Source: a virus
Direction: 5' to 3' (one strand)
IMG/VR virus record: IMGVR_UViG_3300037010_001286
Coordinates: 1-64,000 of that record
DNA length: 64,000 bases
Shown: positions 48,285 through 59,720 of the stretch, in pieces
Numbering within the stretch: the first letter of the stretch is position 1
Layout: the number at the start of each line of letters is the position of its first letter
The notes under the pieces: generated by a model
Told to the model about the DNA's origin: nothing
Database searches by the model: none
What the model saw: the letters and a program-made list of their open reading frames with translations, nothing else
Program-made: the position numbers and the translations under genes

Positions 48285-49349
48285 CTAGGTAACATATAGT
48301 GTACTATAATCGTTATATAATTCTATTAAAGATAATTTAACACTACTAAAATTTATATCATCTAAATCAAACGTTAGAGTATCTGTATTTAGTCTACAAT
48401 AATATAAAAAGTTTACTTCAGGACATGAACTTGTAAAACTAGTAGGAATAATATCAACCAAATTAAGTTTCTCACAAGACTCATTATTACTATTTATATA
48501 CTCTTCAACAGATAATACTTGACTAGCAAAACCAATCTCAGGAAAGTATAAAATCTTATTAACAAATGTATATGTAGTAGCTGTATATGATTTCTTTATT
48601 AAAATATAATTTGTTCCACTAACAGGAATATCATCAAATGTAAACGCATTATTTCTAGCATTAAATAAAAAGGTACGATATTTTCCTTGTACCGAAGTAA
48701 ACCAATTAAGTACTAATACTCTATCTTGTACTGTATTTTGTTTTAGAATAACTTCAAAGGATTTTGCAGGATTTGCGTTAGTAACTATTTGTTGTTTTTG
48801 ATATATTTGACCATTTATATCATAATAAGCATTAATAGTTTCATTTACACTATCATAAATATCAAAAGGGAATAAAGTATTTCCATACATAGGTTTACTT
48901 GTTGTTGGTATAGTACTATAACTATCCTGCCCTGGTGCTTTCCAAGTTACTGAATAATTTCCTGCTGTAGCCCCTATAAATCTAACCTTAATAGAGCATA
49001 TTCCATTCGGTAAAGTTATTGTACCTACTCCAATTCCTAACCCTAAGTCTATATAAGTAGCAGCTACTAAAGTACCATTTATAATAATTTCTACCGTAGT
49101 ATTAGTAGCTGTAATCTTAAACGTATATAACCCATAAGAAGGTAGGAGTAAATCTCCTGTTAGTAATATTAAAGAAGATGCTGGAGTAGTATAATAAATA
49201 CTAGGACTTTCTGATAAGTCATCTTCATAATGTATACGAATTAACTTATTAGATATACCATAAACAGTTTCTACATTATTTGCAGCTATAAATGTAGAAG
49301 GAGTTATATACCCTGTACAATCATAGTGTTTAACTAGAAATCTTTTCAT
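48285..49349 (-). CDS. Distal-tail-like protein with PA14-like domain
   Basis: GLYTF...IING...L.NG...V.F...TWKAPG...IP; C-terminal GKYRTF...RLNTD. Confidence 0.6.
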   Translation of the reverse strand: MKRFLVKHYDCTGYITPSTFIAANNVETVYGISNKLIRIHYEDDLSESPSIYYTTPASSLILLTGDLLLPSYGLYTFKITATNTTVEIIINGTLVAATYIDLGLGIGVGTITLPNGICSIKVRFIGATAGNYSVTWKAPGQDSYSTIPTTSKPMYGNTLFPFDIYDSVNETINAYYDINGQIYQKQQIVTNANPAKSFEVILKQNTVQDRVLVLNWFTSVQGKYRTFLFNARNNAFTFDDIPVSGTNYILIKKSYTATTYTFVNKILYFPEIGFASQVLSVEEYINSNNESCEKLNLVDIIPTSFTSSCPEVNFLYYCRLNTDTLTFDLDDINFSSVKLSLIELYNDYSTLYVT

Positions 49350-50560
49350 GAGTACTCCAGTAGAGATATATTGTGCTTTTGTCCCATAGAACTCTCGTAG
49401 GATGATGCAGATGACTTAGAAGGAATCATTAAACGAACTGGTATTATCCAATCCCCTAATTTACAAGATATAGGTTTTAAAACTGTTATTGAGGTAGCTG
49501 TAACATTAGTAATTTTTAATAATATCGCAGCTTGTTCTGTATTATAGATTACACAGTAATCCCCAATATGAAATACACCATTATAAGTATCACATGGTAT
49601 TATATTTACTGAGGATAAAGTAGCAGTTGATTTAGTAGCAAAAGCCCATAAAGGTTGATACATTTTATCATATAATCCACTATATATTGTATTCTCAACA
49701 AAACTAGATAAACTTGCAGTATTTGTAGTTATAGAATAGTTTATATTAACTTTTGATGTATCCATAATTGCTATTCTTCTCTCCTTACCACTGGTACTTG
49801 TAAAAATATTAGTCTTATAAGCATAACTCTCACTATAAGAGTGTCTATCAGGATAAATAGAATAAATAACTATTGGTTGACGTGTAATAGCTAGGTAAAT
49901 ATATATTGTAACTTTATCAAAATATATTGGTAAAAAATCAGCTACATCTGAATCTCCTGAAAGTAATTTTGCAGTAATTTTAAGAGTAGCTTGTCCTAAA
50001 GGAGCTATTACTTGTCCTATATCTATACCCGATAATATACAACCAAAGTTTACTGGTATATCATGGGAAATTAAAGTTATTGGGTCAGTTCTTTTATTAT
50101 AAATAGTTAAAGTTAGGTCTTTATCAGCTGTTATTACTCCAAATATAAGCTCTCTATTAGATGGGTAAGTTAATACCTCTGTGCTTGATAGAGATATTAA
50201 TGATTCATTGGTTATTAACCCTGGATTAATATTAGTAGTACCCAAAGTATTAAATACTGGTGGTAAAATATTATTTATAACATAAGAGCCTGGTGAAGTT
50301 GATATATAACTTGCATAGTAACTAATAATACCTATTAAGCCTGATAATATATTATTATTTATCTTAATATTACTATATATTAAATCAGGAGTAAATAGTA
50401 TATTACCTTTTTTTGTTTCAAAAGTAGTTACATTACCAACGTAAGAAGTAGTTGCTATAGATACTGAGGTAATTATTATAGAACCACTAATAACAGTAAT
50501 AGAACCTATGTTACTACTTCGTGAAACACCATTAACAGATTCTATAGTTGGTGATGCCAT
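49346..50560 (-). CDS. Minor tail protein
   Basis: SESYAYKTNIFTSTSGKERRIA. Confidence 0.7.
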   Translation of the reverse strand: MASPTIESVNGVSRSSNIGSITVISGSIIITSVSIATTSYVGNVTTFETKKGNILFTPDLIYSNIKINNNILSGLIGIISYYASYISTSPGSYVINNILPPVFNTLGTTNINPGLITNESLISLSSTEVLTYPSNRELIFGVITADKDLTLTIYNKRTDPITLISHDIPVNFGCILSGIDIGQVIAPLGQATLKITAKLLSGDSDVADFLPIYFDKVTIYIYLAITRQPIVIYSIYPDRHSYSESYAYKTNIFTSTSGKERRIAIMDTSKVNINYSITTNTASLSSFVENTIYSGLYDKMYQPLWAFATKSTATLSSVNIIPCDTYNGVFHIGDYCVIYNTEQAAILLKITNVTATSITVLKPISCKLGDWIIPVRLMIPSKSSASSYESSMGQKHNISLLEYS

Positions 50561-50566
50561 ATTTTA

Positions 50567-51901
50567 CTACTCGATAGCTAAAGCATGTTTATTATTTATA
50601 TCTAATGGAAAGCTCATATACTGTTTTGTACCAACTTGTATATTCATAATAAAATTAGGAAGTACGCCATAATGTTTAAATAGATTATGAACTTGTCCTA
50701 TTGGTTTATATTCTGTATTATCAGTAAATGTAGTATTTATTCCTGCTATAATTGGTGCTAAATAAATCTCCCCTGTTAATGAATTATATCCAGCAGTAGT
50801 AAATGGAGAAGGTGTTATCATATCTATATAACCCTGACTAGAATTAATAGAGGATGTAACTCCTGAACCATACCACACACCCTCATAACTAATATAATAA
50901 AGGGAACCTGTAGTGTAAGAAGCAGATTGTACTAATTCTCTTTCTGAAAAGTTACCATAACATACTTCTCCTCCATTAAAATTGAATAATTTATCAACCA
51001 TACCACCATAAAAGTATTGGAAACCTAACTTTTGGCTTACTAAAAAGTCAGAAGAAAGTCCAAGATAAAAGTGGTTTGAATCTGCAATAAAATTAAAGAA
51101 TACTGAGTTATGTGGATGATTCATATCCGGAGTTTTTAAATAAAAATAATCATAAATTAAAGAATCATCTGTACTTAATAGACCAGGTTGTCTATTTACT
51201 GGTTTAGTATTATCAAAACCACTATTTCTAAAAATATATAATTTAGCATTAATATAATCATATTTAAAAGAATAATATATAGTATTACCATAAGTAGTTA
51301 CTGAGCTTACGTATAACTCTGATGATTTATACCCATAAGAAAATTTACGAGTACCACACATAGCAGTAACACTCATTATTGATGTAATAATAGATCCACT
51401 ATCATAATATGTGTATTGATTACCTAAAGTATATTCAACATTATTATAATATACATCAAAATCTACAGTTGAATAACCATCTAAAATTGTAGATGAAATT
51501 TGTACCTTATTAGCTGGGTAAACTGAGTAATTATATAGGTAAAAATACTCAGGATTTGTACCTCCATTATTATAAGATATATTATGCCGTAAGAAGTAAT
51601 CATAATTAGTATTAAACATCCTTGGGGCTAACCATAAACCATATGTCTCACAATATTCTAAATTAGTATTTCTTGTATACCCATATAGTGCAACATCTGT
51701 AGTATTAATAGTTGATACAGGAGTTTTAGTGATATTTAGAACATTATATACAGGACCATACCCTTGGTCAAACATCTCAGTAGTTACCTTTTTATTTACT
51801 GTCCACCCTGCAGCTGTAAACTGACGTTCTAGAAAGTCAATAACATTAGTTGGGCTTCCTTGATAAAACATATAAGAGTCTTTCTCATTATGATAGTACA
51901 T
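50567..51901 (-). CDS. Virion structural protein
   Basis: AAGWTV N-terminus; position after tape measure. Confidence 0.65.
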   Translation of the reverse strand: MYYHNEKDSYMFYQGSPTNVIDFLERQFTAAGWTVNKKVTTEMFDQGYGPVYNVLNITKTPVSTINTTDVALYGYTRNTNLEYCETYGLWLAPRMFNTNYDYFLRHNISYNNGGTNPEYFYLYNYSVYPANKVQISSTILDGYSTVDFDVYYNNVEYTLGNQYTYYDSGSIITSIMSVTAMCGTRKFSYGYKSSELYVSSVTTYGNTIYYSFKYDYINAKLYIFRNSGFDNTKPVNRQPGLLSTDDSLIYDYFYLKTPDMNHPHNSVFFNFIADSNHFYLGLSSDFLVSQKLGFQYFYGGMVDKLFNFNGGEVCYGNFSERELVQSASYTTGSLYYISYEGVWYGSGVTSSINSSQGYIDMITPSPFTTAGYNSLTGEIYLAPIIAGINTTFTDNTEYKPIGQVHNLFKHYGVLPNFIMNIQVGTKQYMSFPLDINNKHALAIE

Positions 51902-51913
51902 ACTATTTTCCTT

Positions 51914-53416
51914 TTATAATTCTAGTGCATAATAATGATTACCAATAGGTACATCGGCATCAGGTAATACTATATAATCTTTAGAGTTAATTGTTATAAT
52001 ACTTTCCGGAGTTGCTTGAGAACTAGATATAGCATAAACTCCATCTACTATACCTAAATAAGAAGTTCCATACCAAACACTTATAGCAGTCATAAATACA
52101 GAGTTAGAAATAGATAAGAAAGAACTAATATCCCCCGTAATATGTCCAACGGATGCACTAATATAACCATTATATCCTAATCTATAACTATTATTAGTAC
52201 TATATAATATACCACTTCTAAAATCGGTGTTATCTACCATAGTCCATAATCTATCAGCAGTAGTAGTAGTACCAGCAGTAAACACATTATTACCATCAGA
52301 ACCTAGTGTTTTAATTTTACCAACATACCCAATTTGATACAATGGAGTACTTCTAGTTGCAGTTATGTCTAATAGCTTATATGCAATAATAACTCTATCA
52401 GTTGTTACAGATAACCAATATTTTACTATTTCTGTTGAAAAAGGAGGTACACTACATAGGTATTTAGTTACAGCCTCTGTCCCTACCTGGATAGTATCTG
52501 CAGGAGAGTGTCCTGATACATTTACATCAGCGGTAAATAGACTAGTCTTTAAATAAATATTATTACTACTATTTACCCCAATAACAACCTCTATATCATG
52601 TCCGTTAGAGCAAGTATTCCTATAAGTCCCTCCCTCTAATACTCCAACACCATTAGTTATTAAATCAGTAACATAAGCATCAGTACTAAGTACTGGAGTA
52701 GTTTTATTAACTAATGCTAATATATCAGCAGCTGTTAGTACTTTTGACCAAGTTACTAATTGGTCAAAAGTAAACAAAGTATAAGTTCCACCTATAGAAT
52801 AAAGAATAGGATAGTATAGATTTGTATTTGCTATAGAGTCTATGACTATTTGCTGTACCAAAGTAGAATTTACATATAATGTTAATGTTCTTGTAGTAGT
52901 TGAGAAAGTAAATGTAAGTAATTCCCAGCTTTTGCCTGTATAATCACTAAAGTAGTTTTCCATTAAGTATAATAACGGAGGAAAACCTTTATATATACAT
53001 GCATCTTTATCAAAGTCTAAATCTATTCCATATCTATTAGTACTAGAATTATAACATCCACGTAAAAATGCAGTACTAATCTGTGAATCTGCCCTTAATA
53101 CTGAGTTTGCCATATTTACCCAAACAGTAATAGAAAACTCTGTAGGGTAATTAGAAAATACAGTAGCATCTAAATTAGTTTGGACATATGGACCAGTAAG
53201 CGTTGCTCCAGGATACATCATAATCCCTGTAGTTGTTGAATATCTACCAGGAGCAGCTAAAATAGTTCCTGAAGGAGTATATTTTAAAGATTTAGAAGAG
53301 GTTACAGTTGAAATAGTGCTATAATCAAGCCTCTTCCATCCTGCATCACTCATTAGTTGTTTTAAATCAGTAAATAAACTATTCATATTCTTATTAATAC
53401 CTATTTTAGATGCCAT
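51914..53416 (-). CDS. Virion structural protein with LamG/ConA-like domain
   Basis: FSITVWV...WELLTFTF...LTLYVN...FDQLVTWSKVLT. Confidence 0.7.
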   Translation of the reverse strand: MASKIGINKNMNSLFTDLKQLMSDAGWKRLDYSTISTVTSSKSLKYTPSGTILAAPGRYSTTTGIMMYPGATLTGPYVQTNLDATVFSNYPTEFSITVWVNMANSVLRADSQISTAFLRGCYNSSTNRYGIDLDFDKDACIYKGFPPLLYLMENYFSDYTGKSWELLTFTFSTTTRTLTLYVNSTLVQQIVIDSIANTNLYYPILYSIGGTYTLFTFDQLVTWSKVLTAADILALVNKTTPVLSTDAYVTDLITNGVGVLEGGTYRNTCSNGHDIEVVIGVNSSNNIYLKTSLFTADVNVSGHSPADTIQVGTEAVTKYLCSVPPFSTEIVKYWLSVTTDRVIIAYKLLDITATRSTPLYQIGYVGKIKTLGSDGNNVFTAGTTTTADRLWTMVDNTDFRSGILYSTNNSYRLGYNGYISASVGHITGDISSFLSISNSVFMTAISVWYGTSYLGIVDGVYAISSSQATPESIITINSKDYIVLPDADVPIGNHYYALEL

Positions 53417-53425
53417 GTTTACTCC

Positions 53426-56400
53426 CTAGTGCTTGACTACGTTATTTATAATTTGTCTACCAGCTCTTGAAGTTAAGTAAGACTCTATAACTGAAGGATC
53501 AATAGAATTTACAATAACAACCTCAGATTGAGTAGAAGAAGACTGTTGAGGGGCTTTAGAATTTCCTGCCTCTTTAATTGCTGCCATGTCTTTTCTACTA
53601 AGAACATACTCACCAGTTTGTAGAGTTGCAGGAACCTCATCACTTCGTAATCCTGTTCTATTATCGTTATAGACATAACCCCCTGTGTGGAAAGTTTGTG
53701 CTTTAATTTGTGCAACTTGTTGCATACCAACCGCAATAGCTCCTGCAGCAGCTATTGGAGCTAAAAAAGTGCCGCCAGGTAATAATCCAGCATCTCTATA
53801 AGCATTTGATGCTGCCATGTAGGTATTAACTATTGCAGAAGCAACTTGTAGAGCTTGTGAAGCTCTCAAAGCTGCCTTTGATCTCTTCCCTGATAGTAGA
53901 AAAGCTGTTTGAGCAATCTCATTTAATCCTTGGAAACCAACTTGAGCAGATTTAAGCTGCATACCCATTTGAGCCTCTTGTGCATCTGCAGCTGCTTTAT
54001 TTTGAGCAATAATAGTATCGTTTGTAATTCTATTACGTTCTATTTTTATTCTATCGATTTCATCTTGAATAGCTTGTAGAGCTGCTGCATCAGATTGCAT
54101 TTTTGCTGCTTGATTTAATGTATCTTCTTGGTTATTTAAAGTATCAATTTGAGTATTAGCATTAGCTGCATATTTGTCAAAGTTAGCTTGTGTTCTTTCT
54201 GCATACTCTTTATAAGTAACTTTATTTAATCCAAAACCAGTAGATAGGGCACTAGGGCCTGATGCGTCAGCTCTATTAGCTAATTCATTTTCCCTAGCAG
54301 CTCTAGTTGCTAGAATTTGTTTAGCTCTATCCTCCCCTACTGAGGAACCTAAAGAACTTAACTGTGCTTGTCTTTCTAATTCATCTGTGTATTTTTTAGT
54401 AGTTTCTAGAAGGTCTTGATATTCAGCATTGATTCTACGACTAGCAATAATTTCTTGAGCAGTAGCTGCTGTGGCTTTTGCTCTATTTTCAGCTATCTTT
54501 TCAGTAGTTTGAACTATGTCCTTATCAGTAGCTAAAATTTCCTGATTAGCTTCTTCTAATTTTTTAACTAGCTCATTATGTTTCTCAAGATTACCTGAAC
54601 CATTCTGATTAAATTCTTCTATTTCCTTAGTTATATCTTCTCGTTTTTTTAGTAATTGTGTTAATAATTCTGATTTCTCTGCCTGCATACGCATAGTACT
54701 AGCAATTCTTTCTTCATATATCTCACTTTGTTTTCTAGCTTCTAAAGAAGTATCATTTGCTCTATCTAATGCGTCATTTGCCTCTTTTTGTTCTTGTGTA
54801 GTTCGTTCTAAGGCATCACTAAGATTAGTATATAAAGCTACTCTTTTCTCATCTAAAGCAATACCATCTTGTTTTAGATTATTTATTTCTCCTAATGTTA
54901 ATAATTGTTCTTTTACAGAGTTTAGTTTATCAATATTCTCTTGTGGGCCAGTATAATTCTGAACCATATCAGTAACCATACCTGCTGCTACTGTTCTTTT
55001 TGTTTGATCTTCCTCTGATAACCCTTTTTTATTAGTACTCAAAGTAGCTTTAAAATTTTCAATAGCTAATAGTTTATCAGATGTAGTACCTTTAAAATTT
55101 GCTAGGAATGTTTTTATTTCATCTGCAACAGGTTTACCAGCCCCATCCATAACCTTAACCAATTGGTTTGTTAGGTTTTTTTCATCACCAAATAAAGCAT
55201 TTATATTCTTGTCAATAATTTCAAGAGTTGCTCTTATTCTATCATTAACATCATCACTAGCATTATAAGCCTTATTAATTTCTTCAACTTGAGCAGTAAG
55301 GGCTTTAATAGTACTTTCCGGAACTGATTGATGAACCTGGGTTGGAGTATCAGCAGGTATAGTACTACTACCAGTAACCAAAGGTATAGAAGTTGGGATA
55401 TTAAAACGCCCATTCGCTCCAGTTGTTGTATATAACTGTGCTGATGGAGAAGTATCTGTATGATACTTTCCATTATCATCTTGTATTAATATTCGATTTC
55501 CACCTTGTCTATACGGGTTTTTATCTGTTGCTAAGGATACATGGACTGTATCCTTCTCTAAAATTAGCTGAGCAATATTAGCCATTAATTTAGCATTAGA
55601 TTTAATAAGCTCAAATACCTCTACAGGAGTCTTATTAGGTATATTTATATCTGCTCCTAACCCTTTTGTATGGTCAGAATTTGGTACTCCTCCTACCTTT
55701 TGATTTACAACTGGGTCTCTAACTCCACTAGATACATGAACATTTAGTCCATTATCTCTCATATATAATATAAGGTTAGTAAGTCTCTCGAAGTTATTCT
55801 TTATAGGATCACTAATAGCATACATTAGATTATTAATCTCTTCACCTTTTACATTTGTATGAACTAATTCTCCTCGTACTTCATCAGCTGATTTCCCTAC
55901 TGTTTGTTGTGCATTAACTGTAGGAGTATTTGCTATAATATTTTGTTGTCCTGAAGCTACTCTAGCTTTATTATATGATTCTATTAGAACATTTAGCAAC
56001 GTAGTTAATTTTGATACATTATCTTTATTATTAAAATCAGCAGCTGTTAAATCTTTTTGGATACCTCCAACTGTATTTTGAAATTGAGTAAGCTTATTAA
56101 GTAAAGCAGTATCAGATTGTGGAACTGTTTTTATTATTTGAGCTATAGAAGCAGATATGGAACTAGCAAAGTTAATCATAGCTGTTTTAGTATTATCTCC
56201 AGCAGCACTAAGAGTAGTACTTGAGAAGTCATTAGGGTGTTTATTCATATCTTGATATGCTAATACATTAGTTTTAGCGATAGTAAGATTAGAGTGAGCA
56301 TCAGCTAGTGTAGCAAGTACCTTCGTTTGTTCTCTAAGTGTTTTAACAAGTTCCTGTTCTTTATATAATTGTTCTGTAAGGGCTGCTCTTTGATTAACAT

Positions 56401-59400
56401 CTGTTGTAGCTCTAATTTGGTCAAGAGTATTTCTTACTTTTTGTTCGGCTACTGCTAATTGAGTAACTCTACTAGTCTCTGAGCCTACATCTTTAATAGA
56501 AGCATAAGCAGCAGCAGCCGCAGCAGCTACTAACGTAAATAATACTACTAATGGGTGTCTTTCTACAACCCCAAGGGCTGCAGCCAATCTCTCTTTTAAT
56601 ACAGTAGATAATCCTACAACAGCTGTTGTAGTAGCTTCAACACCATTAACCATTTCAGTAGTAGTTCGTACAAATGTACCTGAAACCATTAAACTTTGTA
56701 CTGCTATCCAAGAAGATTTTAATAATTCAAGATTTGCAATAGCTTTACTTACAACAAAAGCAGATGCAAAGACAGCTCCAAGTATTTTTAGATTTTCAAT
56801 TGTACCACTAGTAAATTCACCCATATGTCTATTTAAAACATCTAAAACCTGAACAGTTCCATCTACAGCATTCTTAGCTGTTGGTAGTAATGTACCAGCA
56901 GTCTTATTAAATGCAATTCCTAAAGAGTTTCCTAATTTTTCCCAAGTAATTGCATAACTTTCAGTAACATAGGCAGCTTTATCAACTTCACCTTTAACCC
57001 CTGCATTAAGGGTTTGAAGGTGTCTAAAAAACTCGTCAGCATTATTACGAAGTAATGTAACAGACTGTAAAGCTTGTACATCCATACCTTTTGTAATTCT
57101 TGCGAAATCTGAGTCAGAAATATTCTTTAATTTAGAAACAAACTCTGTCATTGCTGCGTTAGACTCATTTACACCCATTTTTAGTCTAGCAGAAAATTCA
57201 GCTTGACTTACACCCATAGATGTAAAGAAATTAACTGCCTCTTTACTAGTATCCCCAATAAATGAAGATAATCTACGAACCTGAGTTCCAATAGTAGATG
57301 CATTAACCCCTGCATTAGAGAAGGCAATTGCCATAGCATCAACAGCATTACGAGTAAATCCTACTGATTTAGCAGCAGCTAAAGCATAGTTTGCAAGTGT
57401 ACCAATATCTTGAGTAGATAGGCGTGATTGGTTAGCTACATATGCTAATGAATCACCCATAGCCTCTATATTTGGTACAGAGTCTCCATAAACTTCCATA
57501 TAAGATATTAAAGCACTTGCTGATGATTGAAAAGTATCCCCAGTTAATCTAGCCATCTTAATAATAATTTCAGTCGCACTAACTACTTCCGATTTATCAA
57601 AACCAGCACGTCCTAATGCTAAGGCAGTTTCATTAATATCTTTTAAAGAACCTCCAAATTGTGTACCAAGGTCTGCAAGTCTACCCTCTAATTTTGTTGC
57701 AGAGTCTGAGGACATATCAAGTACTGCAGATAGAGTATGAATAGCTTGGTCATACTCTAACATATAGGAAATACCTTCTGAAAGTGCTTGAGTAACCTGC
57801 GATATTCCAGCATATAAAGAAGTATAGGCTAAAACTCTTCCTCCAATATTCTGTAACCACTTAGTAAAACTTAAGTCATTAAGTTGTGCATTAAGATGTT
57901 TAGTAATTTCTGAGCTTTCAGCTAACTTTTTATTAATGTTTTGTAATTGAGCACTACCTTCTTTAATTGTAGTTGAAAAGTTAGTACTAGTTGTAAAACT
58001 TTCATCAAATTGCTGCTTCGCTCTTCGTACACGTTCAAGTTGTTGGCCTAGTAATTCAATCTGATGTTGAGCTTGGTCAAGACTAGAATCTTTAGCCCAA
58101 TTAGTTTTAGCATTTTTTAGTCTCTCTAACTCCCCAATTTGTGATATATATTTCTTAATAGTATTATCAAACCCAACATCGATAGTAGACTTACTATCGA
58201 AACTTTGTTTTAATGAGCTAAACTTATCTTTTAAGATATTTATGTCACTACCTGTAGCAATTAATTCACCACGTAGTGCCTCTAAACTATGTAAACCTAA
58301 ATCTTTATTACCAGGATTTAAATTTGCATTTGCTTCTATCTTATTTTCATACTCATTTATCTGTCTTAATAGTCCTAACTTCTTATTTAAGTCTGATAAC
58401 TCTGAACTTGCTACTTTAGGAGACGCCTCTCCTCCCTTTGTTTTACTAGAAAGATTAGTATTAATAGACTCTATCTGTCTTTTAAGAGCCTCAAGAGTAC
58501 TTGTAGAAGTAGTACGAAGAGACTGTCCAATTCTATCTACTTCTGCTAATAAACTTTTTGCTGCTTCTTTAGCATTAATAAAGTTTTTAGAAAGATTTAC
58601 ATCTTCTTTTGTACTAAGAGCTAAATCTGCTAAATTTCCAGTATTACCTGTTGCAGTATTTATCTTCTTAGTATAATTATTAACATCTTTAGTACTTAAA
58701 GAAGTAGGGGTTAATGTAAGTAATTTTTTTCTTTTCTCTATTTCAGCATCTAATAGCTTAAGTACCTTTTGTCCAGTTTTTAAGTCCTCAATTGATGCAC
58801 TATACTTCTGAGATTCTAAACTCTTATTTAGTAACTCACGTCTCTTTTCTAATAGTGCTATATCACTTACTAATACTGATTTTGACTCTTTTTGTTGTTT
58901 TAATAGTGTATTTTGAGTTTCTAAAAGAGACTTATATGTTAAATCCATAGATTTTAATAGTGTATCAGTTTGTTGATTATTTAGTTTTCCACTAACTATT
59001 TTATCTTTAGAATTATCTAAAGTAGTTATAGCTTTATTCTTTTCAGGACTTTTCAAATCAAGAGATTTAAATTTTCTAGAAGCTTCCTCAACTTTTAAAA
59101 TAGTAGCATAATATTTTTCCATATCTCGATTAAGCTTACCGAGTTGAGTACCTCTACCAGTAGTTATTAAGATATTATTAACAGCAGATAATTTATCTTT
59201 GAGAGAAGTTAAAATTGTATCAGAAACTCCTAAACCTTTTAAAGCTGTTAAGAGATTTTGGATATTTATATTTGCACCTTTAGCTGTACCACTTAATTGG
59301 TCATTAAATCCCTTAAAAGTACCAGTAACTGCTGCTAATTTTGTATTTAAACCTGCTAAAACTTGGGTAAATGCTTCCCAAGCAGGGTGGTCTTTATCAT

Positions 59401-59662
59401 CGGCGGCTTTAGAGCGTTTGAATTTATCAAAGCGGTCTGTAGTAATCTTAACCTTTTCACTAAGACTCTGAATATCCTCAGAAAGGTCTTGATACCCTCT
59501 TTGTGCTTTTGATAATGCAGTATCATTACCTTTAAAAACAACGGAAGCCGCTTGTTCTAACTCCCCTACACGTTTAAACGTATTTACCAAGTCTCTATCA
59601 ATCTTGTCGAGACCCTTTGATATAAATTCAACCCCAAAACTAAGTGTTTTATCAGTAGCCAT
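53426..59662 (-). CDS. Tape measure protein with embedded M15 peptidase domain
   Basis: 2078 aa, TP901-like core; SSGVRDP..N.KVGG..NSDHTKG.GADI...HVS; FHTGG...DEVPATLQTGEYVL. Confidence 0.93.
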   Translation of the reverse strand: MATDKTLSFGVEFISKGLDKIDRDLVNTFKRVGELEQAASVVFKGNDTALSKAQRGYQDLSEDIQSLSEKVKITTDRFDKFKRSKAADDKDHPAWEAFTQVLAGLNTKLAAVTGTFKGFNDQLSGTAKGANINIQNLLTALKGLGVSDTILTSLKDKLSAVNNILITTGRGTQLGKLNRDMEKYYATILKVEEASRKFKSLDLKSPEKNKAITTLDNSKDKIVSGKLNNQQTDTLLKSMDLTYKSLLETQNTLLKQQKESKSVLVSDIALLEKRRELLNKSLESQKYSASIEDLKTGQKVLKLLDAEIEKRKKLLTLTPTSLSTKDVNNYTKKINTATGNTGNLADLALSTKEDVNLSKNFINAKEAAKSLLAEVDRIGQSLRTTSTSTLEALKRQIESINTNLSSKTKGGEASPKVASSELSDLNKKLGLLRQINEYENKIEANANLNPGNKDLGLHSLEALRGELIATGSDINILKDKFSSLKQSFDSKSTIDVGFDNTIKKYISQIGELERLKNAKTNWAKDSSLDQAQHQIELLGQQLERVRRAKQQFDESFTTSTNFSTTIKEGSAQLQNINKKLAESSEITKHLNAQLNDLSFTKWLQNIGGRVLAYTSLYAGISQVTQALSEGISYMLEYDQAIHTLSAVLDMSSDSATKLEGRLADLGTQFGGSLKDINETALALGRAGFDKSEVVSATEIIIKMARLTGDTFQSSASALISYMEVYGDSVPNIEAMGDSLAYVANQSRLSTQDIGTLANYALAAAKSVGFTRNAVDAMAIAFSNAGVNASTIGTQVRRLSSFIGDTSKEAVNFFTSMGVSQAEFSARLKMGVNESNAAMTEFVSKLKNISDSDFARITKGMDVQALQSVTLLRNNADEFFRHLQTLNAGVKGEVDKAAYVTESYAITWEKLGNSLGIAFNKTAGTLLPTAKNAVDGTVQVLDVLNRHMGEFTSGTIENLKILGAVFASAFVVSKAIANLELLKSSWIAVQSLMVSGTFVRTTTEMVNGVEATTTAVVGLSTVLKERLAAALGVVERHPLVVLFTLVAAAAAAAYASIKDVGSETSRVTQLAVAEQKVRNTLDQIRATTDVNQRAALTEQLYKEQELVKTLREQTKVLATLADAHSNLTIAKTNVLAYQDMNKHPNDFSSTTLSAAGDNTKTAMINFASSISASIAQIIKTVPQSDTALLNKLTQFQNTVGGIQKDLTAADFNNKDNVSKLTTLLNVLIESYNKARVASGQQNIIANTPTVNAQQTVGKSADEVRGELVHTNVKGEEINNLMYAISDPIKNNFERLTNLILYMRDNGLNVHVSSGVRDPVVNQKVGGVPNSDHTKGLGADINIPNKTPVEVFELIKSNAKLMANIAQLILEKDTVHVSLATDKNPYRQGGNRILIQDDNGKYHTDTSPSAQLYTTTGANGRFNIPTSIPLVTGSSTIPADTPTQVHQSVPESTIKALTAQVEEINKAYNASDDVNDRIRATLEIIDKNINALFGDEKNLTNQLVKVMDGAGKPVADEIKTFLANFKGTTSDKLLAIENFKATLSTNKKGLSEEDQTKRTVAAGMVTDMVQNYTGPQENIDKLNSVKEQLLTLGEINNLKQDGIALDEKRVALYTNLSDALERTTQEQKEANDALDRANDTSLEARKQSEIYEERIASTMRMQAEKSELLTQLLKKREDITKEIEEFNQNGSGNLEKHNELVKKLEEANQEILATDKDIVQTTEKIAENRAKATAATAQEIIASRRINAEYQDLLETTKKYTDELERQAQLSSLGSSVGEDRAKQILATRAARENELANRADASGPSALSTGFGLNKVTYKEYAERTQANFDKYAANANTQIDTLNNQEDTLNQAAKMQSDAAALQAIQDEIDRIKIERNRITNDTIIAQNKAAADAQEAQMGMQLKSAQVGFQGLNEIAQTAFLLSGKRSKAALRASQALQVASAIVNTYMAASNAYRDAGLLPGGTFLAPIAAAGAIAVGMQQVAQIKAQTFHTGGYVYNDNRTGLRSDEVPATLQTGEYVLSRKDMAAIKEAGNSKAPQQSSSTQSEVVIVNSIDPSVIESYLTSRAGRQIINNVVKH

Positions 59663-59691
59663 TATTAGCCTTTACTCGTAAGTTACTCTTA

Positions 59692-59720
59692 TATAATCGT
59701 TATCGCTTACCCTTGTTTTA
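59692..59720 (-). promoter_or_regulatory. Putative sigma28-like late promoter
   Basis: TAAA-N15-AACGATTA(TA) upstream of tape measure. Confidence 0.65.
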
